A stretch of DNA of 64,000 nucleotides from Methylocystis sp. (GTDB lineage Bacteria; Pseudomonadota; Alphaproteobacteria; Rhizobiales; Beijerinckiaceae). The notes beneath the pieces were generated by a model, which saw only the letters and a list, made by a program, of their open reading frames with translations, had not been told where the DNA came from and did not search any database. This document shows positions 31,032 through 40,507 of this stretch, one piece after another. The DNA lies in assembly GCA_035624015.1 (NCBI GenBank), contig DASPSI010000049.1, forward strand, positions 6,965 to 70,964, read 5' to 3'. Position 1 is the first letter of the stretch; each line of letters opens with the position of its first letter. The translations under genes and the position numbers were made by a program.

Positions 31032-31040
31032 GTTCCGATA

Positions 31041-32000
31041 ATGGCCGTCTATACGCAGATCAACGACGACGAGCTGATCGACTTCCTCGCGCGCTACGAC
31101 TTGGGTAAGCTCCTGTCTTGCAAGGGCATCGCCGAGGGCGTCGAGAACTCGAATTTCTATCTGCACACGAGCGCGGGCAACTACATTCTCACGCTCTATG
31201 AAAAGCGGGTGCATGAGGAGGACTTGCCTTTCTTTCTGGGCCTCATGAGACATTTGTCGCAGGGAGGCGTCGCCTGCCCTCTCCCGGTTTGCGATCGTGA
31301 GGGACAAGCGCTCGGCCGCCTTGCGGGGCGTCCGGCGGCGATCGTGACCTTTCTCGACGGTTATTCCCTCCATTTGCCCGAGCCCAAGCATTGCGCCGCG
31401 GTCGGCGAAGCGCTGGCCCAGCTCCACCGCGTCGGCGCCGAGTTCAAGATGCGGCGCGCGAACACGCTGTCGCTCGCAGGCTGGCGCGCGCTGTTTGCGC
31501 CTTACGCCGCCCGCGCCGACGACATCGAAGCGGGGCTTTCCGCCTTCATCGGGCAGGAACTCGACTTTCTTGCGCTCGCCTGGCCGCGGGATCTGCCCAG
31601 TGGCGTCGTGCACGCCGATCTTTTTCCCGACAATGTGCTCTTCCTCGACGACAGGCTTTCGGGTCTGATCGATTTCTATTTCGCTTGCGTCGACATGCTG
31701 GCGTACGACCTCATGGTCTGCCTCAACGCCTGGTGCTTCGAGGCGAATTTTTCATTCAATGCCGCCAAGGGACGCGCGTTGTTGGACGGCTACCGCAAGA
31801 TTCGCTCGTTGACGCAGGCCGAGGTCGAAGCGCTGCCCGTGCTCGCGCGCGGCGCGGCGATTCGCTTTTTGCTCACGCGTTTCGTCGATGCGCTCAACGT
31901 CCCCGCGGGGGCGCTGGTGCGGCCCAAGGACCCGCGCGAATACCTCGTGAAGCTGAAGTTCCATAAGGGCGTGGCGAATGCGGCGACCTATGGCGCATAG
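31041..32000 (+). CDS. thrB: Homoserine kinase type II
   Basis: MAVYT, GIAEGVENSNF, HADLFPDN, IDFYFAC; ispH-thrB-rnhA synteny. Confidence 0.97.
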   Translation: MAVYTQINDDELIDFLARYDLGKLLSCKGIAEGVENSNFYLHTSAGNYILTLYEKRVHEEDLPFFLGLMRHLSQGGVACPLPVCDREGQALGRLAGRPAAIVTFLDGYSLHLPEPKHCAAVGEALAQLHRVGAEFKMRRANTLSLAGWRALFAPYAARADDIEAGLSAFIGQELDFLALAWPRDLPSGVVHADLFPDNVLFLDDRLSGLIDFYFACVDMLAYDLMVCLNAWCFEANFSFNAAKGRALLDGYRKIRSLTQAEVEALPVLARGAAIRFLLTRFVDALNVPAGALVRPKDPREYLVKLKFHKGVANAATYGA

Positions 32001-32001
32001 A

Positions 32002-32084
32002 GGCGGTAGGCAGTCGGCAGTCGGCAGTCGGCAGTCGAACCTTAAGCTTGGTCTCGGACTACCGACTGCCCACTGCCCATTTCC
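32002..32084. repeat. Inverted heptamer tandem-repeat hairpin
   Basis: GGCGGTA (GGCAGTC)x4 ... GACTACC GACTGCC CACTGCC. Confidence 0.8.
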
Positions 32085-32093
32085 GGCCGCCCC

Positions 32094-32552
32094 ATGACCA
32101 AGCGCGTCCAAATCTGGACCGATGGCGCCTGTTCCGGCAATCCGGGTCCCGGCGGGTGGGGCGCCATATTGCGCTTCGGCGCGCATGAGAAAGAGCTGAG
32201 GGGCGGTGAGGCGGAAACGACCAACAACCGCATGGAGCTCATGGGCGCGATCTCGGCGCTCGAGGCTTTGACGAGGCCTTGCGCCGTCGATCTCCACACC
32301 GACTCGCAATATGTCAAGAACGGCGTGACCTCCTGGCTTGAGGGCTGGAAGGCGCGTGGCTGGAAGACGGCGGACAAGAAGCCGGTCAAAAATGTGGAGC
32401 TGTGGCGAAGGCTGGAGGCGGCGGCGGAGCGCCACGACGTCGCCTGGCGCTGGGTCAAGGGCCATGCCGGCGACGAGATGAACGAGCGCGCCGATGCGCT
32501 GGCGCGGGCGGGCATGGCGCCATTCCAGAAGCGCGCCCGCGCAGCGACGTGA
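32094..32552 (+). CDS. rnhA: Ribonuclease HI
   Basis: [30 protein letters not shown]. Confidence 0.99.
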   Translation: MTKRVQIWTDGACSGNPGPGGWGAILRFGAHEKELRGGEAETTNNRMELMGAISALEALTRPCAVDLHTDSQYVKNGVTSWLEGWKARGWKTADKKPVKNVELWRRLEAAAERHDVAWRWVKGHAGDEMNERADALARAGMAPFQKRARAAT

Positions 32553-32580
32553 TCGGTCTTTGCTCGGGGCGCGCCACGCC

Positions 32581-34134
32581 TCAGCGCGCGACCCACACCT
32601 CAACGCGCCGGTTCTTCGTCGCGCCGTCCGTCTCCTCGTTGCAGGCCACCGGCGCGAAGCTCGAGTAGGATTTGACCGAGTCGGCCGGCACGTGCAGACC
32701 AACCCTCCGCAGCGCCTCTGCCACCGCCTCGGCGCGCTCGCGTGCGAGGCGCTCGTTGTTGCGGCTTCCGCCGGTGGAATCGGCAAAGCCGATGACATAG
32801 AACTTCTTGCCGAACAGGAAGCGCGCAAGCCGGTCCACGTCCTGCATCGCCTTGTTGTCGAGCTGGGCGCTGTTCGATTCGAAGCGCAGAACCGCGGAAG
32901 ATCTTCGCGCCGCGGCGATGGTGCGCATGAAGTCGGCGGCGGCGACTGACCTCCGGTTCGCAGCGGCTGTCAGCGCCGCCTCCGCCCACCGCTTCTGCTC
33001 CTCCGCGTCCTGAAGCGCGACGGACTGCTCGACGAATTCCGCCTCCTCGATCGTCGGCTGCGCGTCATCGGAGAGCGCGAAGCGCAGCAGATCGCTCGCG
33101 ACCTTTTCCGAGGGCTCGCCCAATGTGTAAAGATAGAGCCGCCGCGTCAGCGGATATTCCTCGGTCTTGATCGAAAATTTGGTCGGCCGGCTGACCAGGG
33201 CGCAAGAGGAGGCGATCGAGACGACCGCATTCTTGTTGACATAGGGCAGCCCGACGAAGCCGATCGCGTCCGGATCGTTCGTGATGCGCTCGGAGAGCGT
33301 CTCACTCGATTCAAAGGCTGCGATCCCGGGCAGGATCGAAAGATGCGCCGGCGCCAGAACCAGATTCTTGAACGTGTCGAAGGTGCCGGATTTCTCGTCG
33401 CGACGCAGCACCTTGATCGGTCGGTCGGCGCCGCCGATCTCCTTCCAATTGTTGATCTCGCCCGAGAACACGCGCGCAATCTGGTTGAGGCTCAACGACT
33501 GCACGGGGTTCTTGGGGTTGACGATGATCGCGAGGCCGTCGAGCGCCAAAACATGCTCATTCGCCGCCGCGAGCGGATTGACGTGGAATTGGTCCGAGAG
33601 CAGCTTGGTTTCGTCGGCGTTGAGGCGGCGCGAGGCCATTCCGATCACAGCTTGTCCAGACGCCATGTCCTTCGCCGCCGTGCCCGAGCCATGCGCCTGC
33701 AGGTCGATCGCGACCGACCGCCCGAGAGTGGGAGGCAACACGATGCGCTGCTCCTCCGGGCCGGTCAGGGTCACGATCGCCGCGCTGCCCGCGCGGCGTC
33801 TTGCGAAGGCGTCGACGAGCATCGGCATCAAGCGCTCGCCGATCGTGTTCGAGCCGTGCACGCCGAAGACGGAAGTGGGCGCGGGAGCGGATGCGCAATT
33901 TGAAAGATTGACGCCCTGGACCGCGCCAGCCGGATACTCCGTCGGCTTTTCGGCGCCTTCCGAGTACACGAAAAATTTGTTGTCGCGCGTCTCGATGCGT
34001 GTCGCCTTGACGATCACGCCGTCGGTAAGGCAGAGGAACGAGCCGGCGGTCTCGGCGACCGCCGGGCTGCAGCAGGAGCTCAGCGCGATTGACGCGCCGA
34101 GGAGGCGGGGCGCGAGCCGAAGGACGCGATACAT
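32581..34134 (-). CDS. PstS-like periplasmic binding domain fused to an OmpA-like peptidoglycan-binding domain
   Basis: Signal peptide; GSNTIG, HGSGT, RRDEKSGTFDTF, YPLTRRLY; C-terminal GFADSTG..N..LARERA..NRRVEV. Confidence 0.88.
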   Translation of the reverse strand: MYRVLRLAPRLLGASIALSSCCSPAVAETAGSFLCLTDGVIVKATRIETRDNKFFVYSEGAEKPTEYPAGAVQGVNLSNCASAPAPTSVFGVHGSNTIGERLMPMLVDAFARRRAGSAAIVTLTGPEEQRIVLPPTLGRSVAIDLQAHGSGTAAKDMASGQAVIGMASRRLNADETKLLSDQFHVNPLAAANEHVLALDGLAIIVNPKNPVQSLSLNQIARVFSGEINNWKEIGGADRPIKVLRRDEKSGTFDTFKNLVLAPAHLSILPGIAAFESSETLSERITNDPDAIGFVGLPYVNKNAVVSIASSCALVSRPTKFSIKTEEYPLTRRLYLYTLGEPSEKVASDLLRFALSDDAQPTIEEAEFVEQSVALQDAEEQKRWAEAALTAAANRRSVAAADFMRTIAAARRSSAVLRFESNSAQLDNKAMQDVDRLARFLFGKKFYVIGFADSTGGSRNNERLARERAEAVAEALRRVGLHVPADSVKSYSSFAPVACNEETDGATKNRRVEVWVAR

Positions 34135-34166
34135 CGAATGCTCCGGTTAGGGGAGGTTCGGCTTGT

Positions 34167-34970
34167 CTAGTTTGCGAGCTTGCTGATGATGCTCATCGGA
34201 ATTTCCGTCTCGCACTGCGGATATTTCATCGTCATCTCGCGATCCAGCCCGCTGTATCTTCCATTCGCCTGAAAGGTCGCGGCGCCGCCAACCGAAGCGC
34301 TGATGCGCCCGCTTGCGTCAATCGCGCCGCTCCACTCATAGGCTTGGCCCTGGAACTCATGACGCCAGGAGATTGCGCCCTCGGCGATCGTGAGCGTCAC
34401 CGAGCCTGGCTTCGTGCCGCACCCTCCGCGCGAGCGCGCAAGATAGCGGCCGTCCTGCCCGCTCGCGGCGACGATCGGGACGCTCGGCGCGGCGGCGGGC
34501 GATAGGGCGGCCGCAGCCGCAGGACAGCTTGGAAGAAGGCTCGCGCGCGCCGACTTGGCCTGCTCGCCGTGGGCGCGCGGCGGTGGCGCAGCGAGATAGT
34601 CGTCATAGCAGCGTAGCGCCGCGCAGCCCGAAGAGACGTTGAGGCAGGCGAGCGCCTTTTGCCATTTGGCGTAATCGGCGAGCTCGCGGGTAAGCGTCAG
34701 CTCCGCCTGCTCGATCGTGGAACCGGACGAAGGCGTGTCGTGCGCGAGCGGGCGCCCCTCTTCGCCGATCGAGCTTGCGGGCGCCCCTCCGGCGACCTTC
34801 GCCAGTCGGTCTTGGCCCCCAGCCCGCCAAGGAACTGAAAAGGCGACCAAGGCGACCGCAACCCCGATCACACGGCGTCCGACGATGTTCTTGAGGGTCG
34901 GCGTCGCGCTTGGAGCGCTAAAGAGTTCATCTCGACCAGCCAACACGGTCGTCCTGGCTACGCTTGACAT
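34167..34970 (-). CDS. Hypothetical membrane-anchored or exported protein
   Basis: One hydrophobic segment, Cys-containing helical part, beta-rich C-terminus; start uncertain (ORF open to 35018). Confidence 0.6.
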   Translation of the reverse strand: MSSVARTTVLAGRDELFSAPSATPTLKNIVGRRVIGVAVALVAFSVPWRAGGQDRLAKVAGGAPASSIGEEGRPLAHDTPSSGSTIEQAELTLTRELADYAKWQKALACLNVSSGCAALRCYDDYLAAPPPRAHGEQAKSARASLLPSCPAAAAALSPAAAPSVPIVAASGQDGRYLARSRGGCGTKPGSVTLTIAEGAISWRHEFQGQAYEWSGAIDASGRISASVGGAATFQANGRYSGLDREMTMKYPQCETEIPMSIISKLAN

Positions 34971-35186
34971 GAGGTCCGTTCGGCGGGAGCCGCGATGCGG
35001 CTTGTTGAGACCGCACACAAGAATGGGATTCGAATTATGACAGTACCATAACAGAAAGGAGGCAAAAATCGTGAATATTCACAGGCTGTTAGTAACGCCG
35101 CGCCGCATCCTTGACTAAGGTGAGGGCAGTGCAGAATCCGCGCGGATTCCCTACAACATGCAAAATGACTCACGCTTATGCGATCT

Positions 35187-36755
35187 TCAGCGCGCGTCGT
35201 CCTGGACCACTGGCAGCGGAATCGGCGCGACAATCTCCGACGGCGGCGGAGTCAGGTCGGGAGTCGGCAGGGGCGTGGGCGGCGGCGCGGGAAAGGTCTC
35301 CTCCCATCCCCCGCCGAGCGCCTTGTAGAGTTTCACGAAATTCTCCGCGACGAGCGTCGCGCTCTGCGCCTCGGCAAGCTCCGCCGCCAGCAGCGTGCGC
35401 TCCGCGTCGAGCACGATGATGAAGTCGGCGACGCCGTTCTCGTAGCGCGCCCGCGCGAGTCTCAGCGCCTCGCGCTGATGCGCCGCCTGCGCATGCAGCC
35501 GCGCATGACGCGCTTGCTCCGCGCGGTAGGCGACGAGCGCGTCCACGACCTCGGTCCAAGCTGAAAGCACGGTCTTATGATAAGTGATCGCCGCCTCCTG
35601 CGCCTGGCTGTCGCGCAGCCGCAGCTGCGACTTCAGGCGACCGCCGTCGAAGATCGGCAGAGACACCGTCGGCCCGAACTGATATTGCAGCGACCTGCCC
35701 TCGAACAGCTTCCGTGCGTCGAGCGCGTTGAGCGCGACGTTGCCGTTGATCGTGAATCGCGGATAGAACTCGCCGATCGCCTCGCCGATGCTGGCGACGG
35801 CCGCATGCAGATCCGCCTCGGCGCGGCGGATGTCGGGGCGCCGCCGCGCGAGATCGGAGGCGACGCCTAAAGGCGCATGCGGCGGCGTGAACAGCATCGG
35901 GCCCGTACGCGCCAGCTCGCGGCGTAGCGCCTGCGGCGTCGCGTCGAGCAGAAGCCCGATGGCGTCGATCATCGCCGATTCCTGATTGACGAGCGTCGGC
36001 AGCTGCGCGCGCACGCTTTCGGCCTGCGCCAACGCATTTTCAACATCGAGATAGGTGGCGACGCCCCGGTCGGCGCGCATCTTGGTGAGCCTTGCGATGT
36101 CTTCAGAACTCGCGAGATTGGCCTTGGCGATGGCGATCTGCGCCTCGAAGCCGCGGAGATCGGCATAGTCGCGCGCGATCTCGGCGATCGTGGAGACGAG
36201 CGTGTCGCGGCGCTGAAATTCTTGCGATTCGACTTGCGCCTGCGCGGCCTCGACGGAGCGCCGCACCCGCCCCCAGAGATCGAGCTCCCAGGAGGCGTCG
36301 AGGCCCGTCTGCCAGATGCTGATCGGCGGAATAGTCGGCGGCACGCCGTTGTTGAAGGCGGCGCCCAGGCTGACGATTCCGTTCTGGCTCAAGAGCTCGC
36401 GCTGGTACTGCCCCGAGGCGTTGATGCTCGGGAACTGCGCCGAGGCCGCGGCGTCACGCTGCGCGCGGCTCTCATGCAGCCGCGCCGTCGCGATCCGCAC
36501 GTCAAGGTTCGCCGCGCAGGCGCGCTCGACCAGCGAGGCGAGGATCGGATCGTGGAACTGCCGCCACCATTTCGCGTCGAGGCTCGGCGGCGGGGGTTCG
36601 CCGACAATCGGGGGCTCGGGCTTGCCCAAGAACGACTTGCCCGGCAGCTGCGGATCGGGTCTCGCGAAATCCGGGCCGACGGTGCAGGCGCAAAGCGACG
36701 CCGCCGCCAACGAGGCGGCGGCCAGCCGTCCAAGGAGTCGCGCCGTTGCTCTCAT
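35187..36755 (-). CDS. NodT/TolC-family efflux outer membrane lipoprotein
   Basis: Lipobox LCAC-TVGPDF, SWELDLWGR, RRPDIRRAE, LYKALGGGW. Confidence 0.95.
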   Translation of the reverse strand: MRATARLLGRLAAASLAAASLCACTVGPDFARPDPQLPGKSFLGKPEPPIVGEPPPPSLDAKWWRQFHDPILASLVERACAANLDVRIATARLHESRAQRDAAASAQFPSINASGQYQRELLSQNGIVSLGAAFNNGVPPTIPPISIWQTGLDASWELDLWGRVRRSVEAAQAQVESQEFQRRDTLVSTIAEIARDYADLRGFEAQIAIAKANLASSEDIARLTKMRADRGVATYLDVENALAQAESVRAQLPTLVNQESAMIDAIGLLLDATPQALRRELARTGPMLFTPPHAPLGVASDLARRRPDIRRAEADLHAAVASIGEAIGEFYPRFTINGNVALNALDARKLFEGRSLQYQFGPTVSLPIFDGGRLKSQLRLRDSQAQEAAITYHKTVLSAWTEVVDALVAYRAEQARHARLHAQAAHQREALRLARARYENGVADFIIVLDAERTLLAAELAEAQSATLVAENFVKLYKALGGGWEETFPAPPPTPLPTPDLTPPPSEIVAPIPLPVVQDDAR

Positions 36756-38339
36756 CTAATGCGCGGCGGACGGGCCGCCGCCTCCCTTGCGGGACGACAG
36801 CAGAAAGCAGAAGGGCGCGACGGTGAAGGCCACGAGGGCTGACACGAGAAACACGTCGATAAACGCGAGCGTCGCCGCCTGCTGCTGATAATCCTGATAG
36901 ACTCTGCCGACGGCCTCCACGTGCGCTGCGCCCGCGGTTCGCCCCATGGCGATCAGCGCCTGCTGATACGTGTTCACAAATTCATTGTAAGGCTGATGCG
37001 ATGGGGTCGTCCATTGCGAAAGATAGGCCTGATGCACCTGCGACTGGCGCAGCACCATCGCGCTCGCGATCGATATGCCGATCGAGCCGGCGACGTTCCG
37101 CACCATGACGAAGAGCGCCGTCGCGTCGCCGTTGAGCTGGCGTGGTATATTGGTGAAAGCGATCGTGCTGATCGGCACGAACAGAAAGGCGAGGCCGAAG
37201 GTCTGCGCTGCGCGCATGGTTACGAGCGTCTTGAAGTCGATCTGTAGCGACAACGACATCGAATAAATGAAGGAGGCGCCCATGCAGAGGAAACCGATGA
37301 AAATCAGGATGCGCGTCTGCACGAGCGGCATGAGCCTGCCGATGACGGGGATCAGGAAGATGATCATGAGCGCGCCGGGCGACAGCACCAGCCCGGACCA
37401 GGTGGCGTCATAACCGAGCAGCGTTTGCGTGAACTGGGGGATGACGATCGCGCTGGCGTAGAGGACGCCACCCGTCGCGGCGATGAGCAGGCTGGACACC
37501 GCAAAATCGCGGTCGTTGAACACTTGGAGGTCGACGACCGGCTTGCGGGCGACGAGCAGCCAGATGATCGCGCCGAAAACGCCGATCGCAGCAAGCGTCG
37601 CCGTCGTCTGAATGAGTGGCGACGCCAGCCAATCTTCATCCTGGCCGCGATCGAGCGTCACCTGCAGGCAGCCGAGGCCGAGCGTGATCAGCGCGAGGCC
37701 AATGTAATCTACGTCGCTAAAACCGCGCCTCGGAAGCCAAGGCGGGTCCTCGACGAGAAGGGAGATGAAAAACACCGCAATGACGCCGACGGGGATATTG
37801 ATGAAGAAAACCCAGCGCCAGCTGTAGGTGTCAGTGATGAAGCCGCCGAGCGTAGGCCCAAGCACCGGCGCGACGATCGTGGCGATCGCGGTCACGCCGA
37901 AAGCCGCGGCGCGCTGCTCGGGCGGAAAAGTGTCGAGGATGATCGCCTGCTGTGAGGGCTGCATGCCGCCGCCGAAAAAGCCTTGCAGCAGGCGAAAGAA
38001 CACGAGCTGCGCAAGACTGTCGGCAATGCCACAGAAAAAGGAGCAGACGGTGAACATCGCGATGCAGATCAGGAAGTAGCGCTTACGGCCGAAAAGCGAC
38101 GAGAGCCAGCCCGAGATCGTCAGCACGACGCCGTTGGCGAGCAGGTAGGAGGTGAGCGCCCAGGTTGACTCGTCGTAGCTCGCCGACAGGCTGCCCGCAA
38201 TATGCGGCAGGGAGACGTTGACGATCGTGGTGTCGAGAATCTCCATGAACGCCGCCAGTGTGACGATGACGACGATCGCCCAGGGGTTGTGCGACGGCTT
38301 CCAGTCGTGATGTGCGTCGGCGCCGGCGGTGTTGGTCAT
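36756..38339 (-). CDS. DHA2 MFS efflux permease, EmrB-like
   Basis: FMEILDTTIVNVSLP, FGRKR, APVLGPTLGG, WRWVFFINIP; ATG overlaps the emrA stop. Confidence 0.95.
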   Translation of the reverse strand: MTNTAGADAHHDWKPSHNPWAIVVIVTLAAFMEILDTTIVNVSLPHIAGSLSASYDESTWALTSYLLANGVVLTISGWLSSLFGRKRYFLICIAMFTVCSFFCGIADSLAQLVFFRLLQGFFGGGMQPSQQAIILDTFPPEQRAAAFGVTAIATIVAPVLGPTLGGFITDTYSWRWVFFINIPVGVIAVFFISLLVEDPPWLPRRGFSDVDYIGLALITLGLGCLQVTLDRGQDEDWLASPLIQTTATLAAIGVFGAIIWLLVARKPVVDLQVFNDRDFAVSSLLIAATGGVLYASAIVIPQFTQTLLGYDATWSGLVLSPGALMIIFLIPVIGRLMPLVQTRILIFIGFLCMGASFIYSMSLSLQIDFKTLVTMRAAQTFGLAFLFVPISTIAFTNIPRQLNGDATALFVMVRNVAGSIGISIASAMVLRQSQVHQAYLSQWTTPSHQPYNEFVNTYQQALIAMGRTAGAAHVEAVGRVYQDYQQQAATLAFIDVFLVSALVAFTVAPFCFLLSSRKGGGGPSAAH

Positions 38340-39466
38340 TTCAGATGCACCGAAGGCACGACGGAAATGCCGAGCGGCAGCGGGAGGTTCGGATCGAGGC
38401 CCGTGTCGATGACGATCTTGACCGGCACTCGCTGCACGATCTTGACGAAATTGCCCGTCGCGTTCTCCGGCGGAAAAGCGGTGAATTTCGATCCCGATCC
38501 GAGCTGAATGCTGTCGACATGGCCTTTGAGCGCAAGATGCCGATAGGCGTCGACCTCGATGTCGACCTCTTGTCCTGGGCGCATTCGGTCGAGCTGGTTT
38601 TCCTTGAAATTCGCCGTGACCCAGACCTCCGGCGAGACGAGCGACATGATCTGCTGCCCGGCCACGACGTAATTGCCTTGCTCGACGTTGCGTCTCGTGA
38701 CCCATCCGTCCTGCGGCGCGGTCACAATGGTCCAGAACAGATTGAGATTGGCCTGATCGAGCCGTGCTTGCGCGGTCTCGACCTGGCCCTGCAATTGGCC
38801 GACCTGCGTATCGGCCTCGCCGATGCGCTGCGGCACCGGCTCGGCTTGCAACACTTGCGCTTCTGCGACCTCGACTTGCGCCTTTGCCGACTTCAGAGCC
38901 GCCGTCGCCGCATCGACCTCCTGTTGCGTTGTGGCCTTTTTCGGCAGGCTGCGCTGGCGCTCATAGTCGGCCTCGGCCCGCGCCTCGATCGCCTGAGCAT
39001 TAACGAGCTGCGCCTTCGCCTGGGCAAGCTGCGCTGGAAAATTCTTGCGCGCGATCTCGGCGCCGTAGCGGAAGCCTTCCAGCTGCGCCTTCGCGGTGTC
39101 GAGCGCGCCTTGGGCCGAATCGCGGTCGATCGTAAATTGGCGCTGATAGATATGGATCAGGGGCTGGCCTTTGCGGACGAACTGGTTGTCGGTCACGTCG
39201 AGCGAGGCCACGAGGCCCGAGACTTGCGGTGCAATCGCGATGGCGCGCCCGTCGGTGAAGGCGTCGTCGGTCGATTCTATATTGCGGGTCGAAAGCCAGT
39301 ACCAAACCCCGACCGCGAGAATGGCGAGGGCGCCTGCTCCGCCGAGCCAACGAAGCAAAGGACCTTGGCGAGAAGCGCCCTCTTCGGGTGAAGGCTCGCG
39401 GTCGCACGCATCCTCCGAATCGCCATTCGACGGAAGAGCGTTCTCATTGGTTCGAGTTTCGGTCAT
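38336..39466 (-). CDS. HlyD/EmrA-family membrane fusion protein
   Basis: STDDA, ANFKE.QL, PPENATGNFVKIVQRVPV. Confidence 0.95.
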   Translation of the reverse strand: MTETRTNENALPSNGDSEDACDREPSPEEGASRQGPLLRWLGGAGALAILAVGVWYWLSTRNIESTDDAFTDGRAIAIAPQVSGLVASLDVTDNQFVRKGQPLIHIYQRQFTIDRDSAQGALDTAKAQLEGFRYGAEIARKNFPAQLAQAKAQLVNAQAIEARAEADYERQRSLPKKATTQQEVDAATAALKSAKAQVEVAEAQVLQAEPVPQRIGEADTQVGQLQGQVETAQARLDQANLNLFWTIVTAPQDGWVTRRNVEQGNYVVAGQQIMSLVSPEVWVTANFKENQLDRMRPGQEVDIEVDAYRHLALKGHVDSIQLGSGSKFTAFPPENATGNFVKIVQRVPVKIVIDTGLDPNLPLPLGISVVPSVHLK

Positions 39467-39760
39467 GAATCGACGTCACCGCGAGCTTGGCCGATGCAGC
39501 CGGCAAAGTTTCGAACGCCGCCGGCGAAAGCAAGATATGTTGGTCTGATTCTCCGCGCCCTTCTATCACGCTGACGCTGAAGTTGGGATGGAAAGCACAG
39601 GTTTTGCTAGATTTTGCCGAGCGGGAACCGATCCTCCCTGCCGCTGTGCACGGCGAGGCTCTGGTTTCTTCCGCGTGAGGCTCCGCTTGAATTTCCTCCT
39701 TTCTCACCTGCAGAGCTTGCCATCCGGCGAATTATCGCCAATATGGCAGCATTCAACCAT

Positions 39761-39780
39761 ATTGACATGGTGCTGTCAAT
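39761..39780. promoter_or_regulatory. Palindromic operator, probably bound by the adjacent MarR
   Basis: ATTGACA-TGGTGC-TGTCAAT touching the marR start codon. Confidence 0.7.
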
Positions 39781-40258
39781 GTCGGGAGAGCGAAAATTGC
39801 CGCCACCTGCGCAATCGCTGGCGGGCGAGGCCTTGACCGAGCTGTTCGTGGCGACCTTCCAATTTCACGGCGCTCTCGTCGCGGCTGGCGATAAATTTTC
39901 GGCGGTTGTCGGGCTTACGACAGCGCGCTGGCAGGTTTTGGGAGCCCTGAGCCGCGCTGGACGGCCTGAAACCGTCTCGAATATTGCGCGCTTCATGGGT
40001 CTCGCGCGCCAATCGGTGCAACGGACCGCCGACGAGCTCGCCAAATTGGGCCTGGTTGCTTACGAGACCAATCCCCATCACAAGCGCGCGCCGTTGGTGC
40101 GCCTGACGGAAAAGGGCCAAGCCGCTTTTCGCCAGATCAGCGATATGCGGGCGCCATGGGTCAATGCGCTCGCCGCGGAGCTCGACGCAGAGGAAATCGC
40201 CGTCACGACGAGGCTGCTCAAAGCCCTGCGCCAGAAATTCGACGAAGGGATTCAATGA
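39779..40258 (+). CDS. MarR-family transcriptional regulator
   Basis: GLTTARWQVL, IARFMGLARQSVQR, NPHHKRA.LVRLTEKG; divergent from the efflux operon; start uncertain. Confidence 0.92.
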   Translation: MSGERKLPPPAQSLAGEALTELFVATFQFHGALVAAGDKFSAVVGLTTARWQVLGALSRAGRPETVSNIARFMGLARQSVQRTADELAKLGLVAYETNPHHKRAPLVRLTEKGQAAFRQISDMRAPWVNALAAELDAEEIAVTTRLLKALRQKFDEGIQ

Positions 40259-40507
40259 TCTTTCGCGCCGGAGGGAGGCTGCGCAACGTCATCGCAGCGG
40301 TCCAAAGCGATCCCTTGTGTTTTCGTCCACGACGCATAGAACAGTCGGCGTCTCAGGCTTGTCGGATTCGATCCGAAAGCCCGATCGGCTGACGCGTCTT
40401 CAGCGAGACGACGCCCGCCGCTTCCATCGCTTGTCGCAGCGAGCAGTTGCGTCGGGCGTCGCCTGGCGACAAGCGATTGGCCGATGCGATGACCAGAGTA
40501 GGGGTTC

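Noticed and set aside
32002-32084. Tandem repeats as a possible CRISPR array
   Set aside because: 7-bp units without unique spacers; no cas genes in the window
36756-38705. 649-aa version of the MFS permease
   Set aside because: The extension overlaps emrA out of frame; ATG 38339 is coupled to the emrA stop
40255-40507. Small ORF or pseudogene between marR and lolE
   Set aside because: No recognisable motif or coding-like bias
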